DNA of 64,000 nt, from the NCBI GenBank assembly GCA_009914755.4, contig CP068257.2, forward strand, positions 15,136,001 to 15,200,000, given 5' to 3'. The position numbers were made by a program, and so were the translations under genes. This document shows positions 55,291-64,000 of this stretch, piece after piece. A model generated the notes under the pieces. It was not told where the DNA came from. It saw only the letters and a list, made by a program, of their open reading frames with translations, and ran no database searches. Source of the DNA: the human T2T-CHM13v2.0 reference genome, Homo sapiens. Each line of letters begins with the position of its first letter. Position 1 is the first letter of the stretch.

Positions 55291-58200
55291 TAACCAGGGA
55301 GTCCTCATCCTCCACCCCGACTTTCTTCATAATGTTTTTCATCTTTAAGGCCTAATTATACAAAAATCCAATTTGGTAGGTACTGCCAAAGCAATTTTTG
55401 CTTGTAATTGACAAGAAGTAATGTTTCATGAGCTACATTTACCTGTATGTTGGGTTGCTTTATATTCACTTCTGTCTAAGCTGAATGTTTAGGAAGGTTA
55501 CTTTCTACTCAATACACATAACATTCTCACTAAAGTTAAACCATATGGGAGTCATTTCCACTGAACATATAAAGACTGGAAGGAGACAAAAAGCAATAAA
55601 TTTCCTATTTTCTTTCATTTGAGGGCTTAGCATGACCAAGGCACCTGTTTTGTGGTAAGACAAAGGCTCAAAAGTGAAGTGTGGAAAAAGTTTTCAAAAA
55701 ATGGGAGAGGTGGCTCTCTGAACTGGAAAACCTGGAAATGTGATAGCTAATAATCTCAGGATGGTCTAAGCTAATATTAGTAGCATGTAAACCTAAATTA
55801 GGCCTTTCTACAGCGGACTTATGCTCCTGAGAAAACATTTCTAGCAAATGGCAACATGTTGAACAAAAAAATCCCCCATTACATCTCTGACACTCTCACA
55901 GTATTTGTCAATTATTCAGCTCGACAGCAACTCACAAAGCTTTTGCACAAGCAGTTTTTCAAAGTTTTGAAATTCTTGTGGATGTGGATGTAATTCTCAT
56001 TTTTGACTCTTTATGTTAAAACACCAGAACACAGGAACTTCTATTTTTAAATAAACACAATTTAGATGTCACAGATCCTGCTGTGTATTTCTTAAAGTTG
56101 TCTTTTCCTTTTTGGTTAAAAGCTTTATGCTGTTTTCCTAAGAGCAAACCTATCCCAATATTAAAAGGTTCCAATTAGAAATGAAACTCCAAAGCCATGA
56201 ATTTTGAGAGGGCTCTGAACTTGCCAAAACAATTTCTTGTAAGACTTGATAACTTGGATTACACACTCCCACTGCATATTTAAAAGCCTTTACTATAAAG
56301 GTTCCTATAACAAAAGGGAGACAAAAAGATACTATAATTATTCATGGAACATATTCAAGCCATCATTGCTGATGAAATATGATATCTACAACATTCCTCT
56401 ACTGTAAATAAGGCAGTGATTCAGAGTAGTGCCATTAGCTACAGAAAACCCATTCTTATCCTTATTAACACATAAAACAATAGCTTTTATCTCAGACTAT
56501 GCTGCCTCTCAGTCTCAAACATACTAAATCTAGCTCTTTGGGAATAACATTTAAATTACAGGTTGGTTTCAGCTTTTTATACTTTTAATTCCAGTGGAAA
56601 CTTTGGGTGCCTCTCCTCTAATGAGATGGTCAAGGGATTAGTGTTCACTCCCTGGAAAACAAAAGCCAATAGTCTAAGCAGCCAGGTCCATTCTTTAGGT
56701 GGACCTGGGTTGGGAAAGTAGGTTGGAGACGAGCTGACCTCACCAGTGTGCAAACTGTCCTGACAGTTCCTTGTGAGTACTCCGAGGCATAGATAGCTCT
56801 CATTACATGCAGTGTTGTAGAAAGCCACATCAATCCTGAATTGGATACTGAACACAGAAATTAGAGTGAAGTCCACAGAATATATAAATGCAGTCTGCAA
56901 CCTGCAGAGTGATTGCTACCCTTGCATTCATTCTGAAAGCCATCCTTGAGACTGCATATAAACATATTCTGATAACAACAGAAATGCTGGTAAATGGACA
57001 AACAGTTGATTAGAGGAGTTTCACAGCTCCCTGTATGATGCTGTCAGAGCATCTGCCTTTGCCACCGGCAATCCTTTGAGGAAAGGACTCCTGCACATTG
57101 CATCTCTTGATTTAATAAGGTGTCTAAGCTGCCATTGAAATTATTAAGGCTTTAAAAATTGCCATGAGTAGCTTCAGTGCCCAGAGATCTTCTCCCTGAT
57201 TTTGTCACAACAAACTAGTGTATAAAAAAAGTGAGGCAAAGGTGGCAAATTGACCCACATGCCATTTCTCCTATGTCATCAGAACCTGCTGCTGCGTAAG
57301 TTTTCCTGAAACTGATGGTGTTATTAGGCATGACCTCGTCAGACTTAGAAAACCTGCATCTATTTTAGCCACTTACTGAAAGCACACAGAACTGCTGAAG
57401 ATAAAATTTCCAAGAATATATTAAAACAAAACTGCTAACCCAGCCAAATTTCCTACACACTTGGAAAGCCTGTAGAACAGCAGGCCAACATTAATACACA
57501 GAAAGACGATAGTGTAACTAAGTAGAAGCTGCTGTTTAAATGTCAAGGTTTTGAAAATTAGAGGAATGGAATGTTTACATGAGTGCCAGCTATCTTTTAG
57601 TGGCCACATGAGTTGTTTCAGCTTACCTTCAGGTTATTTTTAACATGAAAATTTGAGTTGCAATTTGCTGAATATTTCAATTTTTTTTTCCTAAATTAAA
57701 GAAGTAATTTTGTTAATAAGGTTTAGATTTCTGAGAAACCATCATGTGCTCCAATTGTAGAAAAAGATCCATTCCAAATACTCTCCCGAACTGAGAAATA
57801 CTGTAGGTACATAGACAGCAATCACATGAAACTCACTATTATTGATATCAACAAGTATCTTGGGAATTGTTCAATATCATTCTGTCTTGTTCTAGGCACT
57901 GAATTTATAGTAAATCATTTCTACCTACTATTTACTCATCCTCCAAATATCTTCATAGCTCAAAAAGACTTTACTCATTTATCCCCGTATGAAATGAGTG
58001 ACCCAGCTCTTCCCTAGCATGGCTATAACTGTTAGGTTCTAAGTTTCTTGCATAAACCCACTGGTTTATTCACCTCCACATTCCCTGTGTCTAATACTGT
58101 TCTTAGCAAGTAGTGGTCACAGAAAAAATGTTTAACAGAACTAGAAATTACATTTCTCATGTGATTTATTTTTATATTAGTCTGAAAAACACAAAGTGTA

Positions 58201-61200
58201 AAGCATGTTCAATTATTCCACAAATAAAATATGATGAGTTTAACAACTGTTTTTACTAGTAGAACATGTTTAAACCCCTTTGACTTCTATCTTGTACTTT
58301 TCTTAAATGTGTTGTGGCAGATTTTGTGTATGTATATGATTTGCCCAACTGTCTGAAATGAGTAACTCTATCATATGTGTTTTTCCCCCTAAAAACCCAG
58401 ACCAGGGCTACATATTAATTCTGTTGAACTAAGCTGAAATCAAATTAAGGAATTTAGAGTTTTCTTCATGAAAGATGATCTTTGCCATTTAAATAAACAT
58501 TAACAGAATATGTCGATCACTTGACTTGATAATCCATTTTTTAAAATTACCTATTAGCCAGCCATTATTTGTGAGTTAAGAATTTTTTATCTTTATCTAC
58601 ATAAATAGTACTTACATGAGATTAATAAGCTTTTTAAAAATGTCTTCGGTATTGAGGAGAAAATACAACAGAAAAAGATAAAAAGCTCTCTGTGAATTAA
58701 TTACACACAACATTAATTTTAAAAAGGAATATTGGTGAATTCAAAATTAAAAGAATATTATCAGCAACGTATTAGATTTCTTTATGTTTAAGAATAAAAT
58801 GAGGATATTTTAGGAAGTAAGAACTTAGATTTGTGAAATTTGACCTTTCAGCAAAAAACAAAAACAAAACAATAGAAATTGTCCTAATTATAAATAGATT
58901 TGCTAGTCTAGATGTCAGATTGTGTCACATTGATGACATTTTAGCCAGGGATATTGAAATTACAAATTATGCCATAAAGAATAAGCATCCATCTTGGAGT
59001 TCAAATATCTGTATTATAATCTAGCTCCTGTCACTAACTAGCTGTTGAGTTTGCATAGTTTTAATCACTGGCTCTTAGTTTCTTTCGATGTGATTGAGTT
59101 ATCAAATCAGATGACCTATCAGTTCCTTTCTAGCTGTAAAATTTTCCAATCTTTTAGAAGACCTCAATTCTACTTGGTAATGAAGAACTGATTAAGTATG
59201 GTAAAAAGTTATGTTTAGCATTGGAGTTTTCCTCTATTATTACTATTACATTAGATGATTTATCAAAAGTGGTTTTGGAAAATTATGTCTGAAAGTAGAC
59301 AGTGGAAAAAAGGTTATGAGAAATCCATTTGGTTTTGCGTTACCCGTTTATGTATATGAGTGTGTGTGTTATGTATGTGCATTTTGTACGTTCTTCTGTT
59401 TGTTTATTTTTTTGACTTTTTTATGCTCTTTAGCATTTCTTACATTCAGAGTCTTTCAAGTGCCAAAAGAACCACATTTATGTGAAAAGATTTTTTTGGA
59501 GCATTTTTGCCAACCTTCATTTGAAGCTGGAGTTTACAAAATCTTCACAGAGCCTATTTTAATGAGGTTTCCAGCATTAATAAGAAGAGTGTGGTTGCTT
59601 AACTGAAATGACCTGCCAAAACTTTCTTAGGTTCATCCATGGTTACACTGAATATTAAAACTACTGAATAATAGATTGAAACAAGAGCATAAACATTCAT
59701 CTAGAAAACAGTGCATTTTCTTCAACCTTTTACATTAAGAACAAGTCTTCTCAGAGCATATGTAGCAACAACTAATAATTCTTATTAAGCAACATTTACC
59801 ACAGGTATAATATGTGGTAGTTAATATTGTGTAAAATTGAATTTGCTTCAGAGTTTTGATTAAAAGTATTCATTTCAGGCTCTGTGAATAAAAGAATGCT
59901 AGTAAAAGTGAAGATTTCGCAAGTTGCTAAAACAAACTAGCTTTTGTTCTTGAAGTCTGAAAAAATACGACAGCATATTTGTTTCCAGATGGAAGATAAT
60001 TAACACAAAAAAATCTGCTTTATCCATAAATATGGTTCCTTTTTAAATTTCAGTAAGTTCACCAAAATATATAAATTCCCTTGGAACAAGTTAAAGTAAA
60101 GCTGGTATTGGAGAAAAATTAAATAAGTTAGAACTAGGTTTCTTTTTTTCATTTTATTCAAAGCATGGGAAAGATGTGTATTACAAGTTGAGAAATCATG
60201 TCTTTGTTAGTCTCGTTATTTCTTTGTTCAAGGTGTTTGTTAGAATGAGAATCAGGCTGTCTATTGACAAAATTATGTGACAATCTGCATAATTATGTTG
60301 CATATGTGTGAAGCTAGTTATGAATGATTAGATTTTTGTTCAAAGTTAGAATGTCTTTATTTTATAAAAGCCAGTGACTGTGAAATGAATAGGATTTTTC
60401 ATGGCAGCAAAAATATTTCCAAATTTCAGAATTAGACTGCCAGTATCAAAAGGACTTAGACTGAGTAACATTATTTACCTCTATCCATTAATGATAGAAG
60501 CTAAATGAAAGAATTTGCATAAACACAACAGTATAAGTCACCACTAAGTATGGTGTAACTTAAATTATTTCTGTTCAAGTGCATTTAAAGTGTCAATTAA
60601 TTGCCTCCATTTCAAATGCACACCTTTTCCCCAATTATCAAATTAAAATTTGAGCTGAATCAATGAGCACAATGATAGTTTAATTATATTAAACCACATG
60701 AAATAAACAGTGAGGAAGTGTTTGTGCAGATGGCCACCTGAGTCTGTCACCTCCAGGCATAGCCAATGACAAGTATCACTTCCTTGGTAAATAAAATTGC
60801 TTTATTTTACTGTCACTGCAGCATCTTTACTTTTAAAAGAGAGGAGAATGGGTTGAGAGAGAAAGATTTAAGGGAATTATAGAAGGAGAAATTGCAGACA
60901 CAGATGTATTTTTTTTCTAAGGGCACCAGGTGTTTTAAATGCCACCAGAAGGGTGCTCCAGGCGATTCTGTGCTGTCCAAGATAGCTTGGCATAGATTAT
61001 CTGAAAGCTTTTGTGTCTTTTCAGCTTTTGATTAAAGGCCAGTGTCAGGACTCCTCTGGGCTTTTGCTTGGTACAGTAAAGCCGAGGGATTTTTTTTTAA
61101 GCTGTTGCCAAAAAGATGCCAGTTAGGATAATTACATTTCAATTTAAATTGGTAATTTTATGAAAATTTAAACCAGAATATGTGTCACCCAAATCTCCTT

Positions 61201-64000
61201 ACTTTCATTCCTCCCAAACATGCACACACACACCCCTCTTGTTTTGGGGGAGACAATGACAGCAGCCCACCAGAACCTTCCCATGACCCAGAGATATGTG
61301 CCAGGAATTAAACAGATGAGAGAAAATTGAACAGAGCCTGTTTTCTCCGTCCAAATGTATTTTCTAGCTTGGATTTAACACTAGTGTACATTGGAACCAT
61401 CCCAGGGCATCCTAGCTTCTAGTATCTTTTTCCCGTGGACTCCAGCAAAAGAAGCTTTGGACCATAACTATAGTATTTAAGACATTGTTTTCCATTCACA
61501 GTCAAGCTTTGTATTTGTTAACAGGATGTAGAAAAGGAATCAAACCTACTTACAGTCTCTCACCCTCTTGGTGAAAGGACTAGGGACACAAGTGGCCAGA
61601 TGAACCCTGATTTTTCTGTCTGCCACTTTCTTTTTCCAGGACACATACGCAAGCTTGGCAGCACCAACAAAGTGGAAGTAATGTTCCTTTGTTTAGAATG
61701 CAGTGTGTACGAACATTTACATAATAAAATACACACACAAATAACAGATGGTGAAGAGCCACTCATTTCGCCACATGTTGTAAGCACGATATCGTTCCTT
61801 GATGATCTCATTTCTTACTTCTGCCTACAGATGTCTACCAGCTATTTAACCTCAGGGGTTATTCAAATGGTGAAAGGTTTGAAGACAGGCACAAATCTGT
61901 CTACAGAATTTTCCTCTTCCATCAGGTGCAAATGCCCTTTCTGGGTGGAGTTGTCAATCCACAAAAATGCTGTCTTCTGTCTGAAGCACTAAATAATAAA
62001 CTTCATTTCTCATGACACTTGTTGGGCAGACAGTGTCTACGAAAGAGCACAATAAATACTGCCAATATGCTGACTTTGAAAGAGGTCTTTTCCCTTTAAC
62101 CTTTTGTTCTGAACAGAAAGTGTATTAATAATTTTGGTTATTAAGTGAATAGCCTTCTTTTATAGATGTGAGGAGGGGCCTTCGGAAATGAGTGGAAGTC
62201 TCCCAGATGCTGTTTGCTCACATGTCCAATCTGTAATTAGAGTTAAGCCTCAAATGTGTGGTAATAGATACGTTGTATAGATTTAACTGCCACTTGCCAC
62301 TTAGATAACACTTAGATAACACTTCTCCTCCCAAAAGCACAAATTACATTCCTTTTAATTAGCTCCCAATGTACTTTGTTAAAGTACATTGAGAAAGCGA
62401 ATTACTAACCTATTAATTTATAAGCATACATTATTCAAAAGCACATAATCATTAATTAAATATCACAACACATAAGGAGGCAGCATTATCATACCCATTT
62501 TACAGAAATGAATGCCTGTTAAATTATTTGGACTATGACTGATCCAGAATAAGAATCTGTGTTGATCTGTCTAGGATTCATTATTTTGTCCAAGAGGACG
62601 TATCTTTGACTCAATTCTATTTCTTCTTATATAAAATGAATCATAATTTTCAAGCAAAAATCATTAAAAAAAAGTGATGAATTTAAATCAGTTAGCACTT
62701 TAGGGAAATCTCATGTTTTAGCAAGTACATGTATCTTACATTTTACGTAGGAGAGTGTGTAAGAAGGACTTAATATCAACACTAGAATAAGACAATAAAT
62801 GTGGCTATTAAAAACAATCTACCAAACAAGAACTATCTCAAGAAAAGAACAATGAACTTCACTCAAAATGGCTGAAAACAAGCAAACAATCTTATCTTTC
62901 AGAGAATATCTAGACAGTAATATTCAGAAATAGGGTTAGTGACTGGCTGGAATGTAAATGAAAAGATTTTAAGAGATCAGAATGATTTTTGGAAAAGGAA
63001 AATAAATAAACAAAAAAGAGAGTTCATTTAGCTGTATACCTGAAGGCTAATTAAGGCACACTAAGTGATCAACTGAACATAAACATATTCCAGAATTATC
63101 AGATCATTCATCCACAAGCAGAAGAAGAAACAGTGGCCACCATAAGGAAGAAAGGGCTAGAGGATAGACGGGCAGGAAAGAGCAGATAGTAAGGTGGTTG
63201 GACTAGGTGGCAAAAGAGCCTTTGGCACAAAAAACTGTAGGACAAAGGAAGAAAAATGTAAGAGAGGTCAATTAAACGCTTGTAAAAACAGAAAAGGAAA
63301 AAAATGTTGATAATCTGACAAAATTTACCGGCAAGCACCAGATTTGAGAGCATTGCAATCTCCAAGAATATGATGTGCACTTATAAAATTATGACCTTAC
63401 AGAAAAAAATAATAATAAAAAACAATATATTTCTGAGGACAGGTGCGTATTCAAGTGACCTCACTTGCTTATTTTAATCACATTTTAATCACATCATGGT
63501 GTTTTTCCAGTTGGTAAGTAGCAGAAGACCCTTGCCCTAACTAAGGTTTTTCCTATCCTCCATACTCTCCTTGCTCTATCAAGTTCCACATGTATAGATC
63601 ACCCATGTCTCTATGTTCTCATCATTCTTGCTCTTTACTGGTACAGCCAACAATTGGGATAAAACAGTCATAGTAGACTGTTCCATTTGGCATACACCTA
63701 AGTCAAACCACCACCAGCCGCTATATTCTGTCACTATATTCTGTCATAATAGATGACAGAAACTCTGAGCTGTGACACTGATATACCAAATACTAGATAA
63801 AATTATAGTTCTCAGCCTCTGGACTCATTTATGGCACCGGAAATGAGCAAGGAAAGCTGGACTGGTAAGTGACGCCTATGGAAGGAGCCTAGCAGGAGCT
63901 AGGTAAATTCCCAACCATAGGCTGGTCCTCCAGTGACTTGGGGCCTTAACAAGTTGAAAATAAAGCAAGTAACAATTTTTCTCTCTGTGGAGTTTACAGG

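Noticed and set aside
61600-61992. 130-aa ORF (MNPDFSVCHFLFPGHIRKLGST…) as a protein-coding gene
   Set aside because: There is no recognisable domain. It is a single isolated ORF without exon structure. ORFs of this length are expected by chance in 64 kb × 6 frames. It is kept only as a low-priority check under the 60700-61110 finding.

Overview
This window is primate (almost certainly human) nuclear DNA, not a prokaryotic locus. It is AT-rich, gene-poor and repeat-dense. I found no convincing cellular protein-coding exon and no operon, CRISPR array or defence-island-like system. Nearly every long ORF in the six-frame track is a translation of a transposable element (L1 ORF1/ORF2, Alu) or of a simple repeat.

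The dominant feature is a near full-length but dead L1PA-family LINE-1 on the + strand (~395-4974). It has a short 5'UTR. Its ORF1 is frameshifted and joined in frame to the middle of ORF2 by an internal ~1.1 kb deletion that removes most of the endonuclease domain. The RT and C-terminal parts of ORF2 are riddled with frameshifts and stops. There is a possible ~150 bp 3' extension bounded by a perfect 10 bp target-site duplication.

The rest is mostly repeats:
- Ten Alu SINEs. Two (36934-37230 and 48037-48343) retain many CpGs, and the latter has a perfect 14 bp target-site duplication, so they look young.
- A ~180 bp (TTC)n/(CTC)n polypyrimidine tract (GAA·TTC) grown out of an Alu poly(A) tail.
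- (TG)n, (CT)n and (GATA)n microsatellites.
- Solitary MaLR-type LTRs (THE1/MST/MLT-like). One is inserted into an older L1M 3' fragment, and a second copy of the same family sits next to a THE1-like LTR.
- Several highly degenerate ancient L1/MIR fragments.

A few repeat-free, CpG-retaining blocks (about 10960-11350, 56600-57400 and 60700-61100) are the only candidates for conserved non-coding or regulatory function. All coordinates are read from the printed sequence and boundaries are approximate (±5-20 bp).
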